The position numbers and the translations under genes were made by a program. A stretch of 32,000 nt of DNA from Escherichia coli (GTDB lineage Bacteria; Pseudomonadota; Gammaproteobacteria; Enterobacterales; Enterobacteriaceae): NCBI RefSeq assembly GCF_003018095.1, contig NZ_CP027452.1. The stretch is one strand, 5' to 3'. Positions 10,624 to 19,739 of this stretch are shown piece by piece; position 1 is the first letter of the stretch, and every line of letters begins with the position of its first letter. Below the pieces are notes generated by a model, which saw nothing but the letters and a program-made list of their open reading frames with translations, was not told where the DNA came from and did no database searches.

Positions 10624-11549
10624 GTATTCGCATAATCCCGCAAGATGAGCTGGGTTCGAGCGAGAAACGTACGGCGGATATGATTCCGCCGTTATTGTTC
10701 CCTCGGCTCAAGAATTTATACAACCGCCGCGCCGAGCGTCTGCGCGAGCTGGCAGAAAATAATCCGCTGGGTGATTACCTGCGCTTTGCTGCGCTTATCG
10801 CCCACGCCCAGGAAGTGGTGCTGTACGACCATCCGCTGGAGATGGATCTGACCACGCGCATTAAAGAAGCCAGCGCACAAGGCAAGCCCCCGCTGGATAT
10901 TCACGTTCTGCCGCGTGATAAGCACTGGCAAAAGCTGCTGATGGCGCTGATTGCTGAGCTGAAACCTGAAATGAGCGGCCCGGCGCTGGCAGTGATTGAG
11001 AATCTGGAGAAGGCATCGACTCAGGAGCTGGAAGATATGGCCAGCGCACTGTTTGCCTCTGATTTCTCGTCCGTCAGCAGCGATAAAGCGCCGTTTATCT
11101 GGGCTGCGCTGTCGCTCTACTGGGCGCAGATGGCTAATCTGATCCCCGGCAAAGCCCGCGCTGAATACGGCGAACAACGTCAATATTGCCCGGTATGTGG
11201 CTCTATGCCGGTGTCCAGCATGGTGCAAATTGGCACCACTCAGGGTCTGCGTTACCTGCATTGCAACCTGTGTGAAACCGAATGGCACGTGGTGCGCGTA
11301 AAATGCAGCAACTGCGAGCAGAGCGGCAAACTGCATTACTGGTCGCTGGATGACGAACAGGCCGCGATTAAAGCCGAAAGCTGCGATGACTGTGGCACTT
11401 ACCTGAAGATTCTTTATCAGGAAAAAGAACCGAAAGTTGAAGCCGTGGCAGATGACCTCGTCTCTCTGGTACTGGACGCGCGAATGGAGCAAGAAGGCTA
11501 TGCCCGCAGTTCCATCAACCCGTTCCTGTTCCCGGGTGAAGGGGAGTAA
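10620..11549 (+). CDS. fdhE: formate dehydrogenase formation protein FdhE
   Basis: 309 aa, [44 protein letters not shown]..., CPVCGS and CNLC/CSNC/CDDC zinc-like motifs. Confidence 0.96.
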   Translation: MSIRIIPQDELGSSEKRTADMIPPLLFPRLKNLYNRRAERLRELAENNPLGDYLRFAALIAHAQEVVLYDHPLEMDLTTRIKEASAQGKPPLDIHVLPRDKHWQKLLMALIAELKPEMSGPALAVIENLEKASTQELEDMASALFASDFSSVSSDKAPFIWAALSLYWAQMANLIPGKARAEYGEQRQYCPVCGSMPVSSMVQIGTTQGLRYLHCNLCETEWHVVRVKCSNCEQSGKLHYWSLDDEQAAIKAESCDDCGTYLKILYQEKEPKVEAVADDLVSLVLDARMEQEGYARSSINPFLFPGEGE

Positions 11550-11637
11550 TCTCTGACGTTTTCCGGGTGGCGCTGGTCGCCCGGATTACAGCTCATAGGG
11601 TGTGACGACACCTGCTATTCCCGCAAAATCTCTCGTA

Positions 11638-11661
11638 TTTTGCGAGGCGTTTTCCAGATAT
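11638..11661 (+). repeat. copy 1 of dispersed motif TTTTGCGAGGCGTTTTCCAGATAT
   Basis: Read directly; see copies at 12077 and 13311. Confidence 0.8.
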
Positions 11662-11763
11662 GATGTAACAGTTACAGTTATTATAAGTTCAAGTAAAACA
11701 GTCTTGTATTAATACCAGAATAAGGGCATCTGGTTTTTATATTCAAGAATAATAAATTTTTTG

Positions 11764-11982
11764 TCATTCCTTATGCTCCTTACACTGATCATCAACAACT
11801 ACTGTCTCCCCCCTTTGCCTGCCACCCTTTGCTTTACGCACCGGAAATTGCTGCCGCTCCAGATATTGCTCAACCGCTTCGCGTAAAATTGCAGATCGTG
11901 AAACCTTACGCCAGCCCCTAAGCTTGTTCAGCCGTTTAATTGCCTCTTCTGATAAATGAAGAAAAACCGTATTCATCGCCAT
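11764..11982 (-). CDS. small ribbon-helix-helix (CopG-like) protein of the YiiE/YiiF type
   Basis: MAMNTVFLHLSEEAIKRLNKLRGWRKVSRSAILREAVEQYLERQQFPV...; RHH-type SEEAIKRLNKL...RSAILREAVEQYL. Track start is at 12009; internal Met at 11982 gives 72 aa. I cannot decide between the yiiE and yiiF symbols. Confidence 0.8.
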   Translation of the reverse strand: MAMNTVFLHLSEEAIKRLNKLRGWRKVSRSAILREAVEQYLERQQFPVRKAKGGRQRGETVVVDDQCKEHKE

Positions 11983-12076
11983 TACCAATACCTTACATAT
12001 ATTACTCATTAATGTATGTGCGAAAATTACGCCGAAAAATCATTTAAAAAAAGCGGATTTTTGCATGCTGTTTTGT

Positions 12077-12100
12077 TTTTGCGAGACGTTTTCCAGAAAT
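12077..12100 (+). repeat. copy 2 of dispersed motif TTTTGCGAGACGTTTTCCAGAAAT
   Basis: Read directly. Confidence 0.8.
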
Positions 12101-12586
12101 AATAAGTCCGTTGCAGTTGTTTCATTTGTTACTCAAAAATGGTTTAGTTATCGCCCAAAATGAATTATAGGTGCTATGAATATATTATATACAGGGATGT
12201 TTATTTTTTGATTGGATCTTTATTTGCATAATCTGAATGGTGTAGCCGAAAAATGTCAGCATCCTAACAGCACCCGGATTTAAGGTGAAATTAATCATCC
12301 ATCACAGACCGGTCAGTACTGCTACCAACCGGTCTTAACTTGCTCATCGTTATAATTTTGTTGGTAACAGTTCGGGAAACAAGGAATTCCTTCCGGAACA
12401 CCCCTGACATCATCCGATAGCATTGACGTCAATCATCGGCGCGACGATGAGTTTTTTTAATCGCATCATAGGGTGGCAACGGTCAGCACGATTACGGGTC
12501 ATAGCAAAACTCCTGAGCAGGTGGCACTACGCCGCTTTCACAGGAGTTCTGAATGCTGGTGCTTTCTGTATGGCATAACCATGCCT

Positions 12587-12877
12587 CTAACGGTTAAGTG
12601 CTTGCAGCACATGTTGCGGATCATTGGCAATCGCTCGCAGCAAAGCCTTTGCAGGCCCGGTCGGTGAACGTCGCCCCTGCTCCCAGTTACGCAACGTGTC
12701 TACGCTTACAGAAATAAGATCGGCAAATTTAGATTGTGACAACCCTGAAGCGCGGCGTATTTCTTTGATTTTCATAGCATCAACTTCAAAAGTCCGCGAA
12801 GGCTGTCGCGTTCCTTCAATAATTTCATTCATCTGGGCCATGCTGTGAGTCAACCGCTCAAAAAGTGCCTTATCCAT
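12587..12877 (-). CDS. HigA/NadS-like antitoxin, XRE-family HTH
   Basis: MKIKEIRRASGLSQSKFADLISVSVDTLRNWEQGRRSPTGPAKALLRAIANDP is a clear HTH_3; starts immediately after the toxin ORF. Confidence 0.88.
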   Translation of the reverse strand: MDKALFERLTHSMAQMNEIIEGTRQPSRTFEVDAMKIKEIRRASGLSQSKFADLISVSVDTLRNWEQGRRSPTGPAKALLRAIANDPQHVLQALNR

Positions 12878-13189
12878 TTACCACCTCGTATTTAACAACC
12901 GGAGCATTGCTTTTTCCTGGGGAGACAGATCATCTTTAATACCCTTACGATAAATAAGCAGTAATCTGATCTCATAATGTTTAACCTGATGAAAGTAAAT
13001 AACCCTGACACCAGCACGTTTCCCCTTTCCTCCTGACACCCATCGAACCTTTCTTAACCCACCAGTTTCAGGTATTACCTCACCATAGTCAGGATTCAAG
13101 GCCAGGAAAAACTGAAAACGACTGAATTCATCGTCGGTCAGCAGTTTTTGAACATCTTCAGTAAAAATTTCCGTTTCGATGAAGAGCAT
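12878..13189 (-). CDS. RelE/HigB-like toxin
   Basis: 103 aa, MLFIETEIFTEDVQKLLTDDEFSRFQFFLALNPDYGEVIPETGGLRKVRWVSGGKGKRAGVRVIYFHQVKHYEIRLLLIYRKGIKDDLSPQEK; typical GGLRKVRW...GKRxGxRVIYF pattern. Confidence 0.88.
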   Translation of the reverse strand: MLFIETEIFTEDVQKLLTDDEFSRFQFFLALNPDYGEVIPETGGLRKVRWVSGGKGKRAGVRVIYFHQVKHYEIRLLLIYRKGIKDDLSPQEKAMLRLLNTRW

Positions 13190-13190
13190 A

Positions 13191-13243
13191 ATTATACGCC
13201 ATTGGCTTAGAGTAACAATCCTTTTTGTACGTCATTGACGTAC
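13191..13243 (-). promoter_or_regulatory. candidate toxin-antitoxin promoter/operator
   Basis: Minus strand reads TTGTTA (13213-13218)-16 bp-TATAAT (13191-13196), with the perfect palindrome GTACGTCA-T-TGACGTAC at 13227-13243 just upstream. Confidence 0.6.
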
Positions 13244-13310
13244 CCTTGAAACCACTAGCTTACTGATAGTGCTCCAGCAAAACCACGTCTCTGCCGGGTT
13301 TGTCTTTACA

Positions 13311-13333
13311 TTTGCGAGGCGCTTTCCAGATTT
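13311..13333 (+). repeat. copy 3 of dispersed motif TTTGCGAGGCGCTTTCCAGATTT
   Basis: Read directly. Confidence 0.8.
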
Positions 13334-13375
13334 TTCACGCCCGTGAATTTCCCTGTATCCATCCAGTAAAAACGG

Positions 13376-14326
13376 GTGTATAAAACTGTACATTCATACA
13401 GCAAAATGAGTTCTACTATGGCACTGGAAAAAGGAATTGCAGAGTTAGTCGAAGAGTTTATCGCTGCGGGTCGCCCCTCATCGCGTCAACAAAGTATTGC
13501 GCAGCGCAGGGAGGGCTATATCGCCAGCGCTGTCCTTGCGGGTGAGACAGAAACGCGGGTAGATATTCAGACTATCGAACTTGAAGCGATGACCTTACGA
13601 ATAGTGTCACCGCTGAATGCCCCGACATTACTCCCGACGATAATTTATTACTACGGTGGCTGTTTTGTTAGCGGCGGGTTCGCAACTCACGACAACCAGC
13701 TGCGCCAGTTAGCCTATTACGGGCAATGTCGGGTTATTGCCGTCCAGTATCGGCTGGCACCGGAACATACTTTCCCCGCCGCCCATGATGATGCGCAACG
13801 AGGTGCAGAATTAGTCTGGCAACACGCCGAACGACTCGGCGTTGATAAACAACGGATAACTCTTGCCGGTGACAGTGCGGGCGGACATCTGGCGCTGGTA
13901 ACTGCTTTGCGATTAAAGCGTGCTGGCGAGTGGCAACCGGCACAACTCATCTTAATTTATCCCATGCTTGATGCGACTGCGCATTTCGAAAGCTACATAC
14001 GCAATGGTCACGATTACATCATCACACGCGACACTTTACTGAGCGGCTTTGAGATGTACCTGCCAGGCATTGAACGCAGGCATCCTGAAGCCAGCCCTCT
14101 TTGGCGCGATGATTTCAATGGCTTGCCACCTGTACATATCATTACCGCTGAATACGACCCACTTTGCGATGAAGGTGAAGCGTTGTATCACCGCATGACA
14201 GGGCAAGGAGTGCAATGCACCTGCCAACGCTACCTTGGCGTTATCCACGGATTTTTTCAGTTAGGTGGTATCAGTGAGGCTGCGCGATCGGCGCTACGGG
14301 ATGTTGCCTGGAGAGCGGGAAGGTAA
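13376..14326 (+). CDS. alpha/beta hydrolase, hormone-sensitive-lipase-like esterase (start codon uncertain)
   Basis: GDSAGG nucleophile motif, EYDPLCDEG acid motif, GVIHGFF histidine motif; oxyanion motif reads YYYGGCFVSGG instead of HGG. Confidence 0.88.
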   Translation: MYKTVHSYSKMSSTMALEKGIAELVEEFIAAGRPSSRQQSIAQRREGYIASAVLAGETETRVDIQTIELEAMTLRIVSPLNAPTLLPTIIYYYGGCFVSGGFATHDNQLRQLAYYGQCRVIAVQYRLAPEHTFPAAHDDAQRGAELVWQHAERLGVDKQRITLAGDSAGGHLALVTALRLKRAGEWQPAQLILIYPMLDATAHFESYIRNGHDYIITRDTLLSGFEMYLPGIERRHPEASPLWRDDFNGLPPVHIITAEYDPLCDEGEALYHRMTGQGVQCTCQRYLGVIHGFFQLGGISEAARSALRDVAWRAGR

Positions 14327-14343
14327 CTCCGGACCAGGGCCCA

Positions 14344-14372
14344 GAAAAGGTTTTCAGATTGAAAACCTTTTC
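14344..14372. terminator. 13-bp perfect hairpin GAAAAGGTTTTCA-GAT-TGAAAACCTTTTC between convergent genes
   Basis: Perfect arms with a 3-nt loop between the esterase stop (14326) and the fabY stop (14390). Confidence 0.5.
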
Positions 14373-14389
14373 AGTCAAGTAAAACGCCC

Positions 14390-15379
14390 CTACTCTTCTT
14401 CGTTCCCGCCCTCTTCATACGGGCCAAATGGCTTCGCGGGCAGAACGATATACGTGCCTTCAAACACTGCACCCGGCGTCTCGTCGCCAAAGATTTCTAC
14501 TTGCATCTGCACCCGTGCTTTTCGTCCGCGCGCCAGACGGTCGAGATCGCCGCTTAAGGCACCAAGGTCGGCTACCGCATGAGGTTTGCCGCTAATCGGC
14601 TTGCTGTAGCGGATATGCGCATCCGCCAGAATAATCGTTCCGCCGAGGTGGCGTTCGCGCAGCATCAGCCAGATAAGCCCCCAACCGGTGAGCGTTGCCA
14701 GCGAGAATAAACTCCCGGCAAACAGCGTGTGATGCGGATTCTGATTGCCTGTTTCCGGCATGGTGGTGATAAATTTTTGCCCGGTATATTGCTGAATGCG
14801 CACGCCCATTTTTTCACTCAGCGGGATGTGTTCATACCACGCCTGTTGCAGCTGCGCGCACCAGTCGCCGCGATGCAAAATATCATCCAACGTGGCAACG
14901 GGTTTAATCATCAAAAAATGGCGAATCGGCGTGGTGGTTGGCGTGGTGATTTCTCCCTGATTAACAAACCCCAGCTTGGCGAAAAACTCCACCGCGTCTT
15001 CGCGGGCGCTACAGGTCACGCGCTTAACACCTTCCTGACGCGCCACAGATTCGAGGGTCATCGCCATCAGCGTTCCTAACCCTTTGTCCTGCACGTCGGG
15101 ATGAACGGCCATAAAGCGAATGGACGCTTCATTGTCGGCATTAATATACAGTCGGCCTACCGCTACCAGATTACCCTGCTCGTCGACGACCATCTGGTGA
15201 TGCGCCATCGCATCCCACGCGTCGCGTTCCGAACCTTTTGGTTGATGCAGGGGCTTACGCAACATTTCCCAGCGAAACTGATAGTAACGCTCTAATTCTT
15301 CTTCTGTTTGTGGAACCCGAAGGTGATACATAGCGATACTCTCTCTTGTTTCCCGTGACAACCCTGGAAGCTGGCTCAT
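14390..15379 (-). CDS. fabY: GNAT/thioesterase-like fatty acid synthesis protein (YiiD)
   Basis: 329 aa [49 protein letters not shown]..., GNAT motif [13 protein letters not shown] plus C-terminal hotdog-like region. Confidence 0.95.
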
Positions 15380-15813
15380 ACCTGCAACCAGAATGTCACG
15401 GGGCCATCATTGACCAGCGATACCTGCATATCCGCAGCGAAGCGTCCTGTTTGCGTGTTCATCTCTTGCTGACGGCAGCGTTCGACGAAATAGTCATATA
15501 ACGCCTCTGCGCGATCCGGTGATGCGCCTTTGGAGAAACTTGGGCGCATCCCCCGTTCGGTATCTGCGGCAAGGGTAAACTGGGAAACCACCAGTACACT
15601 GCCGCCCGCCTGTTGCACGTTGAGATTCATCTTGCCTTCGGCATCGCTAAAGATGCGGTAGCCGAGCACACGCTCGCACAGACGGTTTGCTTTCTGTTCG
15701 TCGTCATCCTTTTCGACACCCAATAACACCAAAAGTCCCGCGCCAATTTCACCCGCCACTTCTCCCTCCACGGTGACGCTGGCACGGGTTACGCGTTGAA
15801 TTAATGCAATCAT
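15376..15813 (-). CDS. dtd: D-aminoacyl-tRNA deacylase
   Basis: 145 aa, [35 protein letters not shown]..., SQFTLAAD and NDGPVTF motifs. Confidence 0.97.
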
Positions 15814-16682
15814 GGTTCGTCGTCTTCTTCTTGTTCAGCAGCTTGTTTTAATTTGCGGTATTCCCCGAGAGTGACAGTAATTTCCGCGCCAAGCAAGACG
15901 ATACACCATGTCCAGTAGACCCAAACAAAGAGAATGGGGATCACCGCCAGCACACCGTAAATGAGCTGATATGATGGGAACATGGTGATATAAAGCGCGA
16001 AACCTTTCTTTCCTGCTTCGAACAGGAGCGCGGCGACAAACGCGCCGACAATCGCGTCGCGGTTAGGTACACGGATGGTAGGAACGATGCTGTACAGCAG
16101 CCAGAAAGAGATCCACGACAACAGCAGCGGAAAAATACGCAACACATTATCGATGACAGTATTGAGATCGCTCGCCCAGCGCAGAGAGAGCAGATAGGAG
16201 CTGATCGCCAGACTGGCCCCTGCCAACAGCGGCCCCAGCGTTAAAATCATCCAGTACACGGCAAACGAGTAAATTTTGGGTCGCGCTCGTTTACTGCGCC
16301 AGATGGTATTCAACGCGCTATCGATGGAGTACATCAACAATAACGCCGTGACGATCAGCCCGCACGCCCCGACGGCGGTCATTTTGTTGGAATTGGCGAC
16401 AAACTGTTCGATATATCGCTGGATAACATCGCCAGTAGCAGGCAGAAAGTTGGCAAAAATAAAGTGACGCAACTGAATGCTGACGTCGGAAAACATGGGA
16501 AAAGCGGCGAAAAGCGCAAAAACAACGGCAACCAGCGGCACTAATGAGAGCAACGACACATAGGCAAGGTTACCTGCCAGGGTTGTCATGTTGTCCTCAT
16601 CAATGCGTTGCCAGAGTAGTTTTAGCCAGGCCCATAGTGGACGGGTACGATGCCTGGCTTTGTCCTGAATGGTTTTTAGCAT
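15810..16682 (-). CDS. yihY: YihY/BrkB family inner membrane protein
   Basis: 290 aa multi-TM, context between dtd and yihX. Confidence 0.95.
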
Positions 16683-17275
16683 AACACCTTCGCGAAATAG
16701 TCCGGGATGGTGGTTTTATCTTTCACCAGAATACTAGTAATGCCTAGCTGATTAGCTCCTTCTATATTATCGGCGTTATCGTCGAAAAAGACCGTATCGT
16801 CTGGTGAAAAACCTTCTGCCTGCAAAACATGCTGATAAATTCGTGCTTCAGGTTTGCGCATACCCAAGTCTTGCGACAGATAGATATGGTCAGCAGCATC
16901 ACGGATTTCCGGGTATTCCTCCGGCCAGAAGGTAGTATGCAGGCGGTTAGTATTGGAAAGCACCACCACGCGATGCCCCTGCTCACGCAGTTTATGCATG
17001 ATGGCGATCACTTCCGGTCGTAGCGCAACAAATACCGCCTGCCAACCGTGGGAGAACTGCTCATAGCTTAGCGGCAGGGCCATCTCATGACACAGCGCCT
17101 CTGCGAACGCTTCGTCGCTAATTTCCCCACGCTCATGCTGATGAAACGCCTCGCCCATGTGGAAACTCTTCTTAAGCGTAGCCAGTGGAACACGCGTTAA
17201 ATCGCTCCAGGCTCCCAGCACACGGTTAAAGTCGATATCGACAATCACATTACCTAAATCAAAGATATAGAGCAT
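16676..17275 (-). CDS. yihX: alpha-D-glucose-1-phosphate phosphatase YihX (HAD family)
   Basis: [23 protein letters not shown]...; HAD DxxxV, LSNTN and FFDDNADN motifs; internal Met at 17275 gives 199 aa. Confidence 0.95.
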
Positions 17276-17415
17276 TTTTGCCTCCTTTCGCGCCACAAGA
17301 AATTAACTGTAGCGGGAAAGGATGGGTTTGGCTATGTGGCAATAAGGGTAATCTTGTGATGCTGATTGCGAAAAAGCAGAGTAATTTCACTGGCTTTTTC
17401 GCAATAGATGAATGG

Positions 17416-18303
17416 TTAAGATTCAGGTGTAAATTGCCAACGAGTTTCGATGACCAGCGGCTTATCTGGTGTCACAAATTCCGGCGTTAGATTTATTGCG
17501 TTAGGTGCCTGAGTCAGCGGGTTAATACAGGTGGCATCGGGCTGTTTATCAAATACCACCAGACTGTTTGCAGAAGAGGTCATGGTCATCGCGAGTTTAC
17601 CAGGCCACAGTAACTTAACCTTCACCCCGTCATAAAAACCAAAACAGTCATCCCAGGGACCGACTTGAGGAGAGATACGATTTCCAGTTGGCAGTTCATC
17701 ACTACCCGCTTCTTCTTGCCAGTCCGCATCAAAAAGCACCTGCAACGATTCTGTATTTTGCGGAGTCAGCTTTTTCGCAAACCACGGATGCCAGCCTGCG
17801 GAGGCCGGGAATGTATCGGCATATGAATGGACTTCCAGTTGCAAAACCAGCGCATCGTTCTCCAGCAAAAAAGTCTGAATCACTTCCCCTTGCCAGGGCC
17901 ACGGTGAAGCCAGGGGCATACGTAAAGTCAGGGAATCTGCTGTTTTGTCGATGATTTCCCACGTTGAGTAACAAGCCATACCATGCAACGCATGTGGTGG
18001 TTTATTGGCGGGTAAAGAATAACATTGCCCACCAGCATTCAGCGTCGCATTCCCCAGTCGCCCTGCCCACGGCACCATTGGGAAACAGCCATACTGAAAA
18101 GCTCTGCGCTGCGGCTGCCATTGGCGTAATACTTCAGAACCAAATGCCTTTAACGAGGTTATCCTGGCACCATCATGCGGATAAATCTGCAGGTGAATAT
18201 TGCCTTTTTCCAGCGTCACTAACTCTCCTACAGGCCCAGGCCATGGCGCGTCAAACGCCTGTTGTAGCGCCAGGTAATGCTCGTTTTTTCGTTCAGTTTT
18301 CAT
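17416..18303 (-). CDS. aldose 1-epimerase-like protein (mutarotase fold)
   Basis: FPMVPWAGRLGNATLNAGGQ and HALHGMACYSTWE motifs; likely start ATG at 18301-18303 (MKTERKNEHYLALQQ), overlapping the restored stop of the upstream transporter. Confidence 0.8.
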   Translation of the reverse strand: MKTERKNEHYLALQQAFDAPWPGPVGELVTLEKGNIHLQIYPHDGARITSLKAFGSEVLRQWQPQRRAFQYGCFPMVPWAGRLGNATLNAGGQCYSLPANKPPHALHGMACYSTWEIIDKTADSLTLRMPLASPWPWQGEVIQTFLLENDALVLQLEVHSYADTFPASAGWHPWFAKKLTPQNTESLQVLFDADWQEEAGSDELPTGNRISPQVGPWDDCFGFYDGVKVKLLWPGKLAMTMTSSANSLVVFDKQPDATCINPLTQAPNAINLTPEFVTPDKPLVIETRWQFTPES

Positions 18304-19641
18304 GAGATTGTTCCCTGATGTAGCGGTAAGAAGCGGTTTCTTGTTCATCGGTTGGCTCAATCAGCCAGACGCAAACAAAGGAAAGAACTGAGACAGCAAA
18401 TAAAAACAGAGCGACATACCACGGTTTTCCTCCCCTAGCGCCAGCAAACTTGAGGCGATAAGGGGGCTTAGTCCGCCAAGAATCGCGGAAAATTGATAAG
18501 CAAAAGAAAGGCCGGTATATCGTACTTTGGTACCGAACATGCGGGTGAAAAGTGTTGGCTGCACGGCAAACATCATCGTCGGACCTAAGTTGTAGCCAAG
18601 GATCATACTGCACCAGATGATGAGCGTACTTTTGCTATCCAGTAATAAGAAGAAAGGAAACGCGAACAGGACACAAAATCCTGCTCCCGACAAATACAGA
18701 CTTTTTTGACCTATACGATCTGATAACCATCCAACCAATGGACAACTGAAAATACCGATCGCCGAGGCAATCAACATACCCGTCAGGGGAATATCTCGCG
18801 ACAATGCTAATTGGCTGGAAATATAGACAATACCAAAGGCGTTAATAATATTAGAGGAGACACTTTCCGCCAGCCTCGCACCCAGTGCCAATAAAATATT
18901 TCGTGGATGTTTTTTGAATAATTCAATCAACGGAGGAACGGACTTTTCTTTATTATTCGTCGTTTTTTGCTTTTGAAAATCCAGCGTTTCTTCGGTATGC
19001 AGGCGGATAAACAGCCCAACGATCAACATCACCGCAGAAAGCCAAAACGGAATGCGCCATCCCCAGGAGAGAAACTGCTCCGAAGTAAGAAAATGGTTAC
19101 AGAGAGCAAAAATACCGGTTGCCAGCATAATACCCACAGACGCAGCCGTTTGCGGGAGTGAACCTAAAAATCCGCGTCGGGATTCGGGCGCTGATTCTAT
19201 GGTCATCAATGCCGCTCCGCCGTACTCGCCACCAAGACCAAAGCCCTGAATCAAACGCAGCACCATTAATACAAGCGGTGCCCAAATGCCAATTTCCTGA
19301 TACGTCGGAATAAAACCAATCAAAAATGTGGAGCAACCGACAATAGCCAGCGTCCAGATAAGTGTTATTTTTCGCCCGATTTTATCGCCAAAATGACCAA
19401 AGACGATGCCCCCTAAAGGACGAGTCAGAAAACCGACACCAAAGGTCGCAAAGGAAGCTATAAGACCTATAAAAGGATCGCTGTCTGGATAAAACAGCGG
19501 TGCAAATACCAGTCCTGCTGCCGTGCCAAAAATAAAGAAGTCATACCATTCCATTAACGCGCCTGCGAAACTGCCCATAACGACACGTCTCATGGCTTTA
19601 CCGGAAAGCCCTTCACGCGGTGCGGGTAACTTTTCAGACAT
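18293..19641 (-). pseudogene. MFS transporter of the metabolite:H+ symporter type (ShiA/ProP-like) with C-terminal -1 frameshift
   Basis: ORF 18361..19641 (426 aa) has ALMEWYDFFIFG, GFLTRPLGGIVFGHFGDKIGRK and RLIQGFGLGGEYGGAALM. After ~18437 the frame loses the last TM; the 18293..18613 ORF encodes the missing tail GGKPWYVALFLFAVSVLSFVCVWLIEPTDEQE.... Confidence 0.78.
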
Positions 19642-19704
19642 AATTTTCCTCTCCTGGTAGGCGAGAAATCTGGGATACGAACCACTAAACGTGGGCAGTT
19701 TGAA

Positions 19705-19738
19705 TTAATGCGCATCGGCTTAAGCCGATGCGCATTAA
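19705..19738. terminator. 34-bp perfect palindrome TTAATGCGCATCGGCTTAAGCCGATGCGCATTAA
   Basis: Read directly, between the stop of the 19740 CDS and the start of the next downstream gene; terminator or processing hairpin is plausible. Confidence 0.55.
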
Positions 19739-19739
19739 A

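Noticed and set aside
12473-12667. Small plus-strand ORF overlapping the antitoxin 3' end
   Set aside because: 64 aa, low-quality composition, antisense to the HTH gene at its 3' end; no convincing support.
13376-14326. Esterase considered as part of the sulfosugar-like cluster
   Set aside because: Separated from it by four core genes (fabY, dtd, yihY, yihX); no linkage evidence.
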